A DNA stretch of 64,000 nucleotides, from the sequence record SRR20825006_2271. One strand, 5' to 3'. The notes beneath the pieces were generated by a model. The model worked only from the letters and a program-made list of their open reading frames with translations, was not told the DNA's origin and did not search any database. The translations under genes and the position numbers were made by a program. Positions 18,718-28,864 of this stretch are shown in pieces; position 1 is the first letter of the stretch; each line of letters begins with the position of its first letter.

Positions 18718-20322
18718 ATGTCTGTAAAGCATATACCTTATAAAAATACCGGTTACTACTCAAAGTTGATTTGTGATTATCTGGAGCAGAAAGAGGAGTT
18801 AAAATCATTTTATGGGCATTTTCCGAATCTGGAAAATTTTAAAAAGCAGATCGCAGATAAGAAGTTTTCAACTGAAAATAGAGCAACTCTCGTTAAAGCC
18901 TTAAACCGTCAATATCAGAATCTAAATTCTGGTGACGAGGTAACGCAGGCCATCAATTTGCTGTCAGAACCACAAACCTTTACGGTTACTACCGGGCACC
19001 AACTCAATCTATTTACGGGCCCGTTGTATTTTTTATACAAGATCATTAGTACGATCAATTTGGCTAAAAAGCTAAAGGCAGCCTATCCTGAGCAAGATTT
19101 TGTTCCTGTTTACTGGATGGCCACTGAGGATCACGATTTTGAAGAGATCAACTATTTTAGAATTCATGGGAAAAAAATTCAATGGAATAGACCGGATACT
19201 ACCGACAATGATAGCGGTGCGGTTGGGCAATTAAACACTGAAGGGCTAGAGCAAATTTATGAGCTAATTTGTGCTGAATTTGGAAACACAAACGCGGCTC
19301 GAGACCTTTGTAAATTGTTTGAAGATGCCTATCTGAAACACAATACGCTTACCGAAGCTACACGTTTTCTTGCTAACGAATTATTTGCAGCTTATGGTCT
19401 GGTGATCGTTGATGGGGATGATGCCGATTTAAAGCGCATTTTTGCGCCTTATATGCAAAACGAGTTGGTAGCGCAAACTGCTTTTGATGCAGTGCAAATA
19501 CAAGCTGAAAAGCTGGAAGAAGCAGGGTATAGCGTTCAGGTGAATCCGCGGGAGATCAACTTGTTCTATCTGGCGGAAGGAATTCGGGAGCGTATTATTG
19601 AGAAAGAAGGACGGTATTTTTTAAATGATACGGACATAGCATTTTCAAAAGATGAACTCTTAGAAGCATTAGCTGAGCGACCCGAAGCATTTAGTCCTAA
19701 TGTAATAATGCGACCGCTGTATCAAGAGGTGATCTTACCTAATCTGGCGTATATAGGTGGAGGAGGAGAGATCGCTTATTGGTTAGAGTTGAAAAGCTTT
19801 TTTGATAAGGTTGAAGTTCCTTTTCCTATGCTGATGTTGCGTAATTCGGCGGTTTTGATCACCGAGAAACAAGAAGAAAAACTACACAAACTAGACCTTT
19901 CTATCGAGGAATTATTCTTAAGTCAGAATGATCTTGTAAATCGTAAAATCAGACGGATCTCAAATATTGATGTTGATTTTACTCCGCAAAAAGAACATTT
20001 AGTCAAGCAGTTTGAAACAATGTACAGCATCGCACAAGAAACCGATGCTTCTTTTTTAGGAGCGGTAAAAGCTCAGGAAGTAAAGCAACTTAAAGGCTTA
20101 GAGCATTTAGAAAAGCGCCTGTTAAAAGCACAAAAGAAAAAATTGAGTGATCACGTGAAGCGCTTTACGAGTATTCAGAACGAATTGTTTCCGCAGGAAA
20201 ACTTGCAAGAGCGTGTGACCAACTTTTCAGAGTTTTATCTGCACTACGGAAAAAGTTTGATTCCGCAGTTATTTGAAGCGTTAGATCCTTTAGATTACCG
20301 CTTTACAGTAGTAACACAATAA
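18718..20322 (+). CDS. bshC: Bacillithiol biosynthesis cysteine-adding enzyme BshC
   Basis: VTTGHQLNLFTGPLY, PVYWMATEDHDFEEIN, FSPNVIMRPLYQE, YIGGGGEIAYW, LQERV.N. Confidence 0.93.
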   Translation: MSVKHIPYKNTGYYSKLICDYLEQKEELKSFYGHFPNLENFKKQIADKKFSTENRATLVKALNRQYQNLNSGDEVTQAINLLSEPQTFTVTTGHQLNLFTGPLYFLYKIISTINLAKKLKAAYPEQDFVPVYWMATEDHDFEEINYFRIHGKKIQWNRPDTTDNDSGAVGQLNTEGLEQIYELICAEFGNTNAARDLCKLFEDAYLKHNTLTEATRFLANELFAAYGLVIVDGDDADLKRIFAPYMQNELVAQTAFDAVQIQAEKLEEAGYSVQVNPREINLFYLAEGIRERIIEKEGRYFLNDTDIAFSKDELLEALAERPEAFSPNVIMRPLYQEVILPNLAYIGGGGEIAYWLELKSFFDKVEVPFPMLMLRNSAVLITEKQEEKLHKLDLSIEELFLSQNDLVNRKIRRISNIDVDFTPQKEHLVKQFETMYSIAQETDASFLGAVKAQEVKQLKGLEHLEKRLLKAQKKKLSDHVKRFTSIQNELFPQENLQERVTNFSEFYLHYGKSLIPQLFEALDPLDYRFTVVTQ

Positions 20323-20324
20323 TA

Positions 20325-21035
20325 CTATTTGATCAGTTTTTTACCTTCTATACTAATCGCAGAGCCATCCATACATTGAATGCTGTCAGGATCTCTGGTT
20401 GCGAGTTCAGCAAAAGCTTCTCCGTACAGCTTTTCAAAATCAAAAATGATCTCATAATCGAGTACGTCATAGGCTTTCCAGAGCGGATGTTTGACTTCGT
20501 ACTCCCAACTTTCCGTTGCTGATTTACGACTGTAGCCCCAGAAATGTTCGGTGATAAATTCGGTGATGCTTCCGGGAGCATAAGTTGTGGGTTCAGGAGC
20601 AGTCGCTACCTGAAAAAGCTGCCACTGCTCTTCGAGCTCAATGCCATAACTGAAGAAATTTTCATCGTGATTTAAATCGTGTTTGTAGTGCATTTTATAC
20701 ACACTGTACTGCTCGTTATACAGCGTGTTTGCAACCCAGGCGATTGCCGGTTTCTGTACGATTTCTGAAATAAATACGGTGCCGCGTTTCCATTGTTTTC
20801 CGTCAAAATGCTTAACGTAAAATCTAAGATTGATTTCTTCAAAGCGCTTATGAAAAGGAATTGTAATGCCTTTGAGTTTGACATCGTCAAAAAGAAAGCC
20901 TACGAGACTCACGTAGCATTTCCCATCAAAAAAATCAAGTTCAGTATGCGCGGGAACATAGGGTAAAAGAATTTCAGGAGCGATCGCGTAATTCGCAAAA
21001 CATAGCTTTTTCCACGAAGCGGTAAGAAAACTCAT
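20325..21035 (-). CDS. YqjF / DUF2071 family protein
   Basis: FLTASW..L.FANY, ELDFFDG..YVSLVGF, FEEINLRFYV, FITEHFWGY, Y.V.HP.W. Confidence 0.85.
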   Translation of the reverse strand: MSFLTASWKKLCFANYAIAPEILLPYVPAHTELDFFDGKCYVSLVGFLFDDVKLKGITIPFHKRFEEINLRFYVKHFDGKQWKRGTVFISEIVQKPAIAWVANTLYNEQYSVYKMHYKHDLNHDENFFSYGIELEEQWQLFQVATAPEPTTYAPGSITEFITEHFWGYSRKSATESWEYEVKHPLWKAYDVLDYEIIFDFEKLYGEAFAELATRDPDSIQCMDGSAISIEGKKLIK

Positions 21036-21485
21036 TTACTTTTTGAAATATTTCGTTGGCGGAAGGAGCATCCCGAAGCATTCTCCTTCTTCTTTTCCTA
21101 AGTGTTTATGATGAATTTTGTGTGCGCGTCTAATTCCTTTTGCATACCAATTATTGGCATTTCTAAAAAGTTTAAAGCGCTGATGAATAAAGATATCGTG
21201 TACCATAAAGTACGTCACGCCATAAGCAAAAATACCAAGTCCTATAGGGAGACCAATCCATACATTTTCATATTGCCATAATAAGAAACAGCCAATACTG
21301 ATCAAGGCGTAGAAGATGAAGAAAAAATCATTGCGTTCCCACCAAGAGCCGTGATCTTTATGATGATGATCTCTGTGTAACGACCATAAAAACCCGTGCA
21401 TAACATATTTATGAGTAAACCACGCCATAAACTCCATAAGGGCAAAGGTGAGTAAGAATACGAGAATCCAGAGTGCTATTTGCAT
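21036..21485 (-). CDS. crtZ: Beta-carotene hydroxylase
   Basis: His boxes HKYVMHG, H.DHH, HDIFIHQR, HKIHH; located in the crt operon. Confidence 0.92.
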   Translation of the reverse strand: MQIALWILVFLLTFALMEFMAWFTHKYVMHGFLWSLHRDHHHKDHGSWWERNDFFFIFYALISIGCFLLWQYENVWIGLPIGLGIFAYGVTYFMVHDIFIHQRFKLFRNANNWYAKGIRRAHKIHHKHLGKEEGECFGMLLPPTKYFKK

Positions 21486-21486
21486 G

Positions 21487-22326
21487 TTAAATAAGATTTA
21501 GGCGGTATTTTACATAACTGCGTGCAAGTAAAGAGGCCTTTACATAATTAGGAACGCGTATGCGCGCATTTTTAATCTCAAGTGATGGCGTACTTTTTAA
21601 CTTGCTTAAAAGCTTACGATAGTAGCGATAAGCAGTGTAAACGCCAAATTTTGCTTCTACCGGCAATTTACAAATACCGGCAAGACCTTTTGCAAAATCA
21701 GCTTCGATTTCTACAATAATTTTTTGCTTAGAAGCCTCGTCGAGTTCATTGAGATTCGTATTCGGGAAGTACGTTCTGCTCAATTCTTCGTGATCAGCTT
21801 TTAAGTCTCTTAAAAAATTTACCTTCTGAAACGCCGAACCCAGGCTCATAGCACAGTCTTTGAGTTCGTCATATTTTTCTCGATCTCCCTTAACAAAAAC
21901 CGTTAGACACATCAGCCCAACAACATCTGCCGAACCGTAAATGTAATTTTTGTATTCTTCTTCGGTTAAATATTTACTTTTTGAAAGATCCAGGCGCATA
22001 CTATTCATAAAAGCATCTACCAGATGTTTCTCAATATTATACGAATGAAAGGTGTGCTGAAAAGAATTTAGAATTGGATTCAGACTAATTTTTTCTTCTA
22101 AAGCGTTTTCCAGATCAGCCTCAAATCGATTAAAAAGGCTTTCCTTATCGTAGGCGTGAAAGGTGTCTACGATCTCATCGGCAAAGCGCACAAAGCCATA
22201 AATGTTGTGTATGTCCTGCCTTATGCTGGGAGCGAGCATTCTTGTAGCTGTGGAGAAAGACGTGCTGTAGGAGCGCGTGACTGTCTCTGAGCAAGCTAGC
22301 GATACGTTGTCAAAAATTTGTTTCAT
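21487..22326 (-). CDS. crtB: Phytoene synthase
   Basis: YSTSF, YGFVRFADEIVD, YIYGSADVVGLM, LGSAFQKVNFLRD. Confidence 0.94.
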   Translation of the reverse strand: MKQIFDNVSLACSETVTRSYSTSFSTATRMLAPSIRQDIHNIYGFVRFADEIVDTFHAYDKESLFNRFEADLENALEEKISLNPILNSFQHTFHSYNIEKHLVDAFMNSMRLDLSKSKYLTEEEYKNYIYGSADVVGLMCLTVFVKGDREKYDELKDCAMSLGSAFQKVNFLRDLKADHEELSRTYFPNTNLNELDEASKQKIIVEIEADFAKGLAGICKLPVEAKFGVYTAYRYYRKLLSKLKSTPSLEIKNARIRVPNYVKASLLARSYVKYRLNLI

Positions 22327-23792
22327 TTCTTTTTCTTGTCATTAGTTATTAGACCGGCCACTAGTTTACCGGAAATTAGGGCAGGTGGTACTCCCGGTCC
22401 GGGAACTGTCAACTGACCTGTGAAATATAAATTAGCAACTTTTTTACTTTTTAGCTTTGGTCTTAAAAATGCAGTTTGCAATAAGGTATTTGCAAGACCA
22501 TAGGCATTGCCTTTATAAGAATTATACTGCTCCACAAAGTCTTTTACGCAAAAGGACTCTTTAAATATAATATTTTTTTTGACCGATTGCCCCGTAAGTT
22601 CTTCTAAACGATTGATGATACGATCAAAATACTCCTCACGTAATTCTTGAGTATCGTGCAAGCCCGGAGCGAGTGGAATTAAGAAAAATCCGGCTTCTTT
22701 ACCTTCTGGCGCCATCGCCTTATCACTGATTGATGGAAAATTGGCATAGAACAATGGAGCATCTGGCCACTTTGGTTTATCGTAGATTTCTACGGCGTGC
22801 TTGTCAAAATCAGTATCAAAAAATAACGTGTGATGATTAACGTGCTCTAGCTTTTTATCAAATCCCACATAAAATAGAAGAGAAGAGGGCGCAAAAGTTT
22901 TTTTATCCCAATATGTTTCAGAATACTGTCTTAAATTCTTTGGTAAAAGTGTTTCGGTATGGTGATAATCAGCACCGCTAAGTACAATATCGGCTTTAAT
23001 GGTTTTTCCATTAACAGTGATCCCGGTTGCGGTATTATTTTCGGTGACAATAGACTCCACATTGCTATTGGCGTGCATCTGTACTCCTAGAGATTCCGCT
23101 AAAGTAATCATACCTTCGATAACGGCGTGCATTCCATTTTTTGGATGAAAAGTGCCAATTCCAAAATCAGCATAATTCATAAAGCTATAAAAAGAGGGAG
23201 TATCACTAGGTTTCGCTCCTAAGAACAAAACCGGAAATTCTAAAATCTGAATTAGTTTAGGATTCTTGAATGCCTTGCGCACATCGCGACTGATGGTACT
23301 GAAAAAGCTTCCTATCTTTTTTATCGTTTGTGGAGTTACTAATTCCAGCGGAGAAACGCCCGGTCTATAAACCAAATCTTTAATAGCAACTTCATAGTTG
23401 TTTCCGGCATCGTCAATAAATTCTTGCAATTTTTGTGCACTTCCGGGTTCAATAGCTTCAAAAGTTTCTTTGATTTTGCCTAAAGAATCACCAATGGCAA
23501 TAGAATCGTGCTTGCCAAAATAGACCCGGTACGCCGGGTCAAGTTTGCTTATGTTGTAAAAGTCTGAGGTTTTTTTACCAAAGTCGGCAAAAAAGCGGTC
23601 AAAAACATCCGGCATCCAATACCAGGAAGGTCCCATATCAAAGGTAAATCCGTCGCGTTTATATTGTCGTGCACGACCGCCCAAAGTGGCATTTTTCTCA
23701 TAGATATGAACTTCGTGACCGGCTTGAGCTAAGTAACTCGCAGCGGCAAGTGAAGAAAATCCAGATCCAAGAATAGTAATTTTTTTAGGCAT
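22323..23792 (-). CDS. crtI: Phytoene desaturase
   Basis: GSGFSSL..A FAD site, FDMGPSW, C-terminal NLYFTGQLTVPGPGVPP. Confidence 0.92.
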   Translation of the reverse strand: MPKKITILGSGFSSLAAASYLAQAGHEVHIYEKNATLGGRARQYKRDGFTFDMGPSWYWMPDVFDRFFADFGKKTSDFYNISKLDPAYRVYFGKHDSIAIGDSLGKIKETFEAIEPGSAQKLQEFIDDAGNNYEVAIKDLVYRPGVSPLELVTPQTIKKIGSFFSTISRDVRKAFKNPKLIQILEFPVLFLGAKPSDTPSFYSFMNYADFGIGTFHPKNGMHAVIEGMITLAESLGVQMHANSNVESIVTENNTATGITVNGKTIKADIVLSGADYHHTETLLPKNLRQYSETYWDKKTFAPSSLLFYVGFDKKLEHVNHHTLFFDTDFDKHAVEIYDKPKWPDAPLFYANFPSISDKAMAPEGKEAGFFLIPLAPGLHDTQELREEYFDRIINRLEELTGQSVKKNIIFKESFCVKDFVEQYNSYKGNAYGLANTLLQTAFLRPKLKSKKVANLYFTGQLTVPGPGVPPALISGKLVAGLITNDKKKK

Positions 23793-23797
23793 ACAGT

Positions 23798-24703
23798 TTA
23801 GTTAAGTACAGCGGATAAGGCTTCGATAGATTTAATGATTTTGACGTTTTCGGGCATTTCTTGCTGTTCAATTTTTTGAACCATTCTACCTAATAAATAA
23901 AGCGGAATGTGTTCTTCTTCTATAGTTTTGTTGAAATGCTCAGCAAATTTAGCTACTCCCATATCACAAGGATTAACCGTGAGATAGGACACAAAATGCG
24001 GATTATTATGTGTTTTTACGATGTATTTTAAATTTTCGATATGAATGTTTTGCCCTAAATAAACACACTTGTGACCGCGCGATTCTAATTCATAATTCAA
24101 GAACATTAAGCCCAGATCGTGAATTTCATTTTCGGGTAAAAACAAAACGAAAAGATTGTCAGATTTTTGCTCAACGGTGTTGATGCAAGCATCAAGATTG
24201 AGTAGTATTTTCTGTTTAATTAGGTTAGATATAAAATGCTCGTGCGCCGGATTGACTACCCCTGCCTGCCATAAAAAACCAATTTTTTCTAGTAGCGGAA
24301 TAAAAACCGAAAAAAAGAGCTCACTAAAGCCAAGCGTCTGCCGCAAGTGGTTATACGTCTGGGAAAACAAACGTTGATCAAAATTCATCATCGCAATCTT
24401 AAAGGAATTGATCGCGTGATGGTTGGCGCCCAGATCTTGCTCTTCAACGATCTCAGCCACTAGCGATGCGATTTCATTACTTGACCTTTTAGCGATCTTA
24501 GAAATTTTATAGTTGTGATCTAGCAAAAATGTTACGTTGAGTAGTTTTTGCAAATCATCTAAACTATAGGTGCGAATGTTTGTAGGGGTACGATCTGGAT
24601 CTAGAAGATTATATCGGCGTTCCCACATACGTATGGTGTGGGCTTTAATGCCGCCAAAGCTTTCTAAATCTTTAATGCTAAAATTTGTCTTGACCGTATT
24701 CAT
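23798..24703 (-). CDS. MerR-family regulator with cobalamin-binding domain (CarH/LitR-type photoreceptor repressor)
   Basis: MerR HTH (IKAHTIRMWERRY), W-x9-EH (WQAGVVNPAHEH) and ExHxxG (EIHDLG) B12 motifs; first gene of the crt operon. Confidence 0.9.
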   Translation of the reverse strand: MNTVKTNFSIKDLESFGGIKAHTIRMWERRYNLLDPDRTPTNIRTYSLDDLQKLLNVTFLLDHNYKISKIAKRSSNEIASLVAEIVEEQDLGANHHAINSFKIAMMNFDQRLFSQTYNHLRQTLGFSELFFSVFIPLLEKIGFLWQAGVVNPAHEHFISNLIKQKILLNLDACINTVEQKSDNLFVLFLPENEIHDLGLMFLNYELESRGHKCVYLGQNIHIENLKYIVKTHNNPHFVSYLTVNPCDMGVAKFAEHFNKTIEEEHIPLYLLGRMVQKIEQQEMPENVKIIKSIEALSAVLN

Positions 24704-24731
24704 AAGTAGATCTGGCGTATTCTAATCTACT

Positions 24732-24779
24732 CAAATGTACAGTTTTGTTTAATAGAATTGGTAAAAACTTCAACAAAAC
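24732..24779 (-). promoter_or_regulatory. Promoter of the carH-crt operon with an overlapping inverted repeat (candidate operator)
   Basis: TACATTTG -7 box on the minus strand at 24732-24739; inverted repeat GTTTTGTTTAA-N16-TTCAACAAAAC at 24742-24779. Confidence 0.55.
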
Positions 24780-24832
24780 AGAAACTTTAGCATTGCTTTA
24801 AGAAAGGCTATACGGTATAAAATGGAATCATC

Positions 24833-25531
24833 TTAGATTTTAAATGTGATTCCGTCTTCAACGTTTCGATCATATTTTTCCTTATCAAACTGATAGAGAT
24901 AAGAACCTTTGCGTGACGAAGACATGTCTTTCTCTTCTAGTTTAACCAATACATCCAATCCATTTACCTTATTGATAAAATTGCGTTTATCGAGCTTTTC
25001 ATTTAGGATAGACTCATAAAGCTTTTGTAATTGGCGCATCGTGAATTTTTCGGGAAGTAATTCAAAACCTATAGGTTTAGAAATAGCACGTCTGCGTAAG
25101 CGAAGAATTGCTTTGCGCACCATCTCGTTGTGGTCAAAAATAAGCGAAGGTGCCTCTTCTATACTAAACCATTGCGCTGAATATTGTTCTATCAAATGCT
25201 CGTCGTGGTCTTCAATATTAATGAGTGCATAATAGGCGACAGACAGGGTACGCTCAGCAGGATCACGATCTACCTTACTAAAGTTATAAAGCTGCTCCAT
25301 ATAGATTTTGTCAAATCCCGTAAGGTGGTGCAGGATACGGTTTGCGGCGTCATCTAAAGTCTCTGTGTTTTTTAAAAACCCACCTATAAGCGACCACTTG
25401 CCTTTTTCTGGTTCAAAGTCCCGTTTAATTAAAAGAATTTTTAGGTCTTCCTGATCAAAACCAAAGATGATACAATCTACTGCAAGCAGCACTTTATCTT
25501 CAGAGTTGTAATTATTGAGTTGATCTGTCAT
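24833..25531 (-). CDS. araR: NrtR-family (Nudix + wHTH) transcriptional regulator, AraR type
   Basis: AVDCIIFGF, W.L.GGF, RDP..R..SVAY, FDH, GFELLPEKFT..QL..LYE, DKRNF; divergent from the arabinan PUL. -7 box TACATTTG at 25580-25587 (minus). Confidence 0.88.
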   Translation of the reverse strand: MTDQLNNYNSEDKVLLAVDCIIFGFDQEDLKILLIKRDFEPEKGKWSLIGGFLKNTETLDDAANRILHHLTGFDKIYMEQLYNFSKVDRDPAERTLSVAYYALINIEDHDEHLIEQYSAQWFSIEEAPSLIFDHNEMVRKAILRLRRRAISKPIGFELLPEKFTMRQLQKLYESILNEKLDKRNFINKVNGLDVLVKLEEKDMSSSRKGSYLYQFDKEKYDRNVEDGITFKI

Positions 25532-25699
25532 TTTAAAATGAATTAACGGGGCTAATTAAAGGTTGAATTTAAACCGTCGCAAATGTAATAATAAGGGTAA
25601 AAATAAAATAAATGTTAAGAATACAATAATAAAAAATCGTTATCGCAATGTTGTTTTGAAATATTCAACTGCTAAAGTTTAAATTTTTCTTAAAATAAA

Positions 25700-25732
25700 T
25701 TTGTTTCATTGAGATATCTTTACTTACATTTG
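25700..25732 (+). promoter_or_regulatory. Sigma70-type promoter of susC
   Basis: TTTG (-33), 21-nt spacer, TACATTTG (-7). Confidence 0.8.
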
Positions 25733-25733
25733 G

Positions 25734-25752
25734 AAATGTAAAATACACACTT
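25734..25752. promoter_or_regulatory. Candidate AraR operator 1
   Basis: AAATGT-AAAATAC-ACACTT, a GT-N7-AC palindrome directly after the susC -7 box. Confidence 0.75.
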
Positions 25753-25779
25753 ATAATTAACTTTTAAACATTTGTTCAC

Positions 25780-28700
25780 ATGAAGCAAAACAAACTTTAT
25801 GATTGTCTTTGCGTTTTTGAATACCTCTTTAAGAAAGGGATATTTCTTCTCGCAATTGTCTTGGCGCCCATTATGAGTGCTCAAGCACAAGAAAGCAAGA
25901 CCATTACAGGTACCGTCCTGTCTTCAAACGGTAATATGCCTATTCCCGGAGTGAATGTTCTGGTTGAAGGAACTACTACAGGTGCGGTAACAGACTTTGA
26001 CGGTAACTTTTCAATTGAAGCTAGCGCAAACGATGTATTAGTATTTACCTATTTAGGATTTCAAGAGCAACGTATAACTGTGGGTGAGCAGACCTCCCAT
26101 ACCGTAACACTAGAAGAGGCTTTATCCTCTTTAGACGAAGTCGTTGTAGTAGGTTATGGTACGCAACGCAAGTCTGATTTAACAGGAGCCGTTAGTGTTG
26201 TAGATACTGAAGAAATGACCAAGCAGGCTTCTAATGATGTCACACAAATGATGCAGGGGCGTGTTGCCGGGGTTACTATTACCAGTGACGGTCAGCCGGG
26301 TGCTTCGCCTAGTGTTAGAATACGTGGGGTGTCAACCTTTGGCCAAGGAGCGAGCGCAGAGCCACTTTATGTTGTAGATGGTTTTCCTATCTCTGGAGGA
26401 ATACGTGATATCAACCCTAATGATATCAAGTCTATCCAAGTTTTGAAAGATGCTACAGCAGGTGCTATTTATGGTAACCGTGCTGCAAACGGTGTTGTGA
26501 TCATCACTACTAAAAGCGGTGCTAAAGGGAAGAAGTTTGCCGTTGAAGTAAACTCGTATTATGGTATTCAGACCATTACTCAAAAACTTCCTTTGTTGGA
26601 TCGTGAAGGATACCAAATGATCAACAGCGAACTTTTAACGAATGCAGGACAGCCTTTGACCCCTGGTAATGATCCTAGTTCAGATTTGTATATAGATGAT
26701 ATTGATACAGACTGGCAGGATGAAGGATATAAAGATGGTTATATCATGAACCATAACTTTAATATTTCTGGTGGATCTGAGAAAACAAGCTACTTTGTGT
26801 CTTTAGACTATTTAGACAATGAAGGAACGCTCGTGGGATCTGGACCTGACTATAAAAGATATTCATTCCGTGTGAATTCTGATACTGAAGTGGGTAAATT
26901 CAATTTTGGTGAGAATGTATATATCGTACACTCTGACGAAAACCCATTATTCAATACGACTACTATAGGACTTCCTGGTGGTAGACCTTCTTTGGTAAAC
27001 GACTTATTGCAAGCGGCGCCAACCATTCCTGTTTACGATCCTAATCGCTTAGGAGGTTTTGGTGGGGCAGATGCTACAATTCACCAGTCGATCACGCTTA
27101 ACGTTCCTGGTATCAATACCCTTATTGAAAATCAAACCAAAGTTAATCGTGTTTTAGCGAATTTTTACGCACAGTTTGAGCCTATTGAAGGTTTAAAATT
27201 AAAGACAAACCTTCAGTATGATAATACAGATATTGAAGATCAATTGTTTGTTCCTCAGTACGATTTAGGATACTTTTTTCCTAACCCTACCGCACAACTG
27301 CAGTATGGTTCAAGAAAGAGTAGCTCGTTCTTGATCGAAAATACGATCAACTGGACTAAAGAATTTGGTAAGCATAACCTTACTGTTTTGGCAGGTCAAA
27401 CGTTCCAGAAGTTTAATGCGCGCAATGTTTCAGCAACTGGTGTTGGTTTAACGGCGCCTTATGTAAAAAACTTGGTAAATGCTGAAAACTTTAGTGTTAA
27501 TGACGACATTCAGAACTCAGCGATCAGTTCGTTACTAGGTCGTGTGAATTATTCCTTTGATGATAAATACTTGCTTACTGCAAATATCAGACGTGACGGT
27601 TCTTCAAAATTTAGAGAAGAATTGCGTTACGATTATTTCCCTTCTGTAGGTTTAGGTTGGAAAATTCACAACGAATTTGAATTACCTGAATTCATTACTG
27701 CTTTGAAACTTAGAGGAGGTATTGGTGAAGTAGGTAACCAAGAAATTTTGAACTATGCGTATCAAAACACCATCAACCGTGGTATTCCATATTCATTTGC
27801 TTACGGTCGCGCAATAGGAGCGGCAGTTACAGCACTTGTTGACCAAGACATCAAGTGGGAAACTCGTGTAACTCGTAGTGTAGGTATTGATGCTACATTA
27901 TTTAATGGCGGTGTTGATTTTACCGCAGAGTATTACTCAAATACTTCAAACGATGTACTTACTTATGTGCCAATCCCGATCTCTAATGGTTCTATTGGTT
28001 CACAATTGCTTACTAATGCAGGTTCGATCAAAAACAGTGGTATTGAACTTTCTGCAGTGATCAGAAAGCAGTTTGGAGATTTCTATCTTGAAGTTGCGCC
28101 AAACTTTTATACCGTAAACAACGAAGTTCTGGATATTGGCGGTCTTGATTTGATCTCATCTACCGGAGCTCGTACTGTGGTAGGAAGATCGTTAGGAGAG
28201 CATTACGGATGGGTTTATGATGGAATTTTTCAATCTCAGGAAGAGGTTGATAATGCACCATTTCAAACTCCCGGAACAGCTGCTGGAGATATTCGATTTA
28301 GAGATCTTGACGGTGACGGAAGCATTACAGACGAAGATAGAACTTTCTTAGGTAGCGCACTTCCAACGTTCAATTACGGTATCAACATCTCAGCACGTTA
28401 CAAAGATTTTGACTTCACGATCTTTGGTCAGGGAGCTGGCGGAAATTACATCAACAGTAACCTGTACAAAGGCTTGATGCCAACAACGGGATATACAAAC
28501 TGGCACGAGGATATCTTAAATCGTTGGACTCCAGAGAATACAAATACTACAGTGCCTAGAGTGGTATTCCTAGATCCTAACAACAACGGTAGAGATTCTA
28601 ACAGACCGGGATGGTTGCAAAAAGGAGATTACTTTAGAATCAATACGATTTCTTTAGGATATACACTGCCAGATACATTTGTTGAAAACATTCATATGTC

Positions 28701-28860
28701 AAGTGCACGTTTTTATGTGACGCTTCAAAATGTAGCTGTTCTTTCAAGCTATAAAGGATATAACCCAGATTTTCAAGCAGGTGTATTAAGCCCTGGTTTT
28801 GACTACGGAACTTATCCTAGACCATTAACAACAATGCTTGGTGCTCAATTAAAATTTTAA
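25780..28860 (+). CDS. susC: SusC/RagA TonB-dependent transporter
   Basis: LDEVVVVGYG, VLKDA.A.AIYG.RAANGVVIITTK plug motif, terminal Phe. Confidence 0.96.
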   Translation: MKQNKLYDCLCVFEYLFKKGIFLLAIVLAPIMSAQAQESKTITGTVLSSNGNMPIPGVNVLVEGTTTGAVTDFDGNFSIEASANDVLVFTYLGFQEQRITVGEQTSHTVTLEEALSSLDEVVVVGYGTQRKSDLTGAVSVVDTEEMTKQASNDVTQMMQGRVAGVTITSDGQPGASPSVRIRGVSTFGQGASAEPLYVVDGFPISGGIRDINPNDIKSIQVLKDATAGAIYGNRAANGVVIITTKSGAKGKKFAVEVNSYYGIQTITQKLPLLDREGYQMINSELLTNAGQPLTPGNDPSSDLYIDDIDTDWQDEGYKDGYIMNHNFNISGGSEKTSYFVSLDYLDNEGTLVGSGPDYKRYSFRVNSDTEVGKFNFGENVYIVHSDENPLFNTTTIGLPGGRPSLVNDLLQAAPTIPVYDPNRLGGFGGADATIHQSITLNVPGINTLIENQTKVNRVLANFYAQFEPIEGLKLKTNLQYDNTDIEDQLFVPQYDLGYFFPNPTAQLQYGSRKSSSFLIENTINWTKEFGKHNLTVLAGQTFQKFNARNVSATGVGLTAPYVKNLVNAENFSVNDDIQNSAISSLLGRVNYSFDDKYLLTANIRRDGSSKFREELRYDYFPSVGLGWKIHNEFELPEFITALKLRGGIGEVGNQEILNYAYQNTINRGIPYSFAYGRAIGAAVTALVDQDIKWETRVTRSVGIDATLFNGGVDFTAEYYSNTSNDVLTYVPIPISNGSIGSQLLTNAGSIKNSGIELSAVIRKQFGDFYLEVAPNFYTVNNEVLDIGGLDLISSTGARTVVGRSLGEHYGWVYDGIFQSQEEVDNAPFQTPGTAAGDIRFRDLDGDGSITDEDRTFLGSALPTFNYGINISARYKDFDFTIFGQGAGGNYINSNLYKGLMPTTGYTNWHEDILNRWTPENTNTTVPRVVFLDPNNNGRDSNRPGWLQKGDYFRINTISLGYTLPDTFVENIHMSSARFYVTLQNVAVLSSYKGYNPDFQAGVLSPGFDYGTYPRPLTTMLGAQLKF

Positions 28861-28864
28861 GAAA

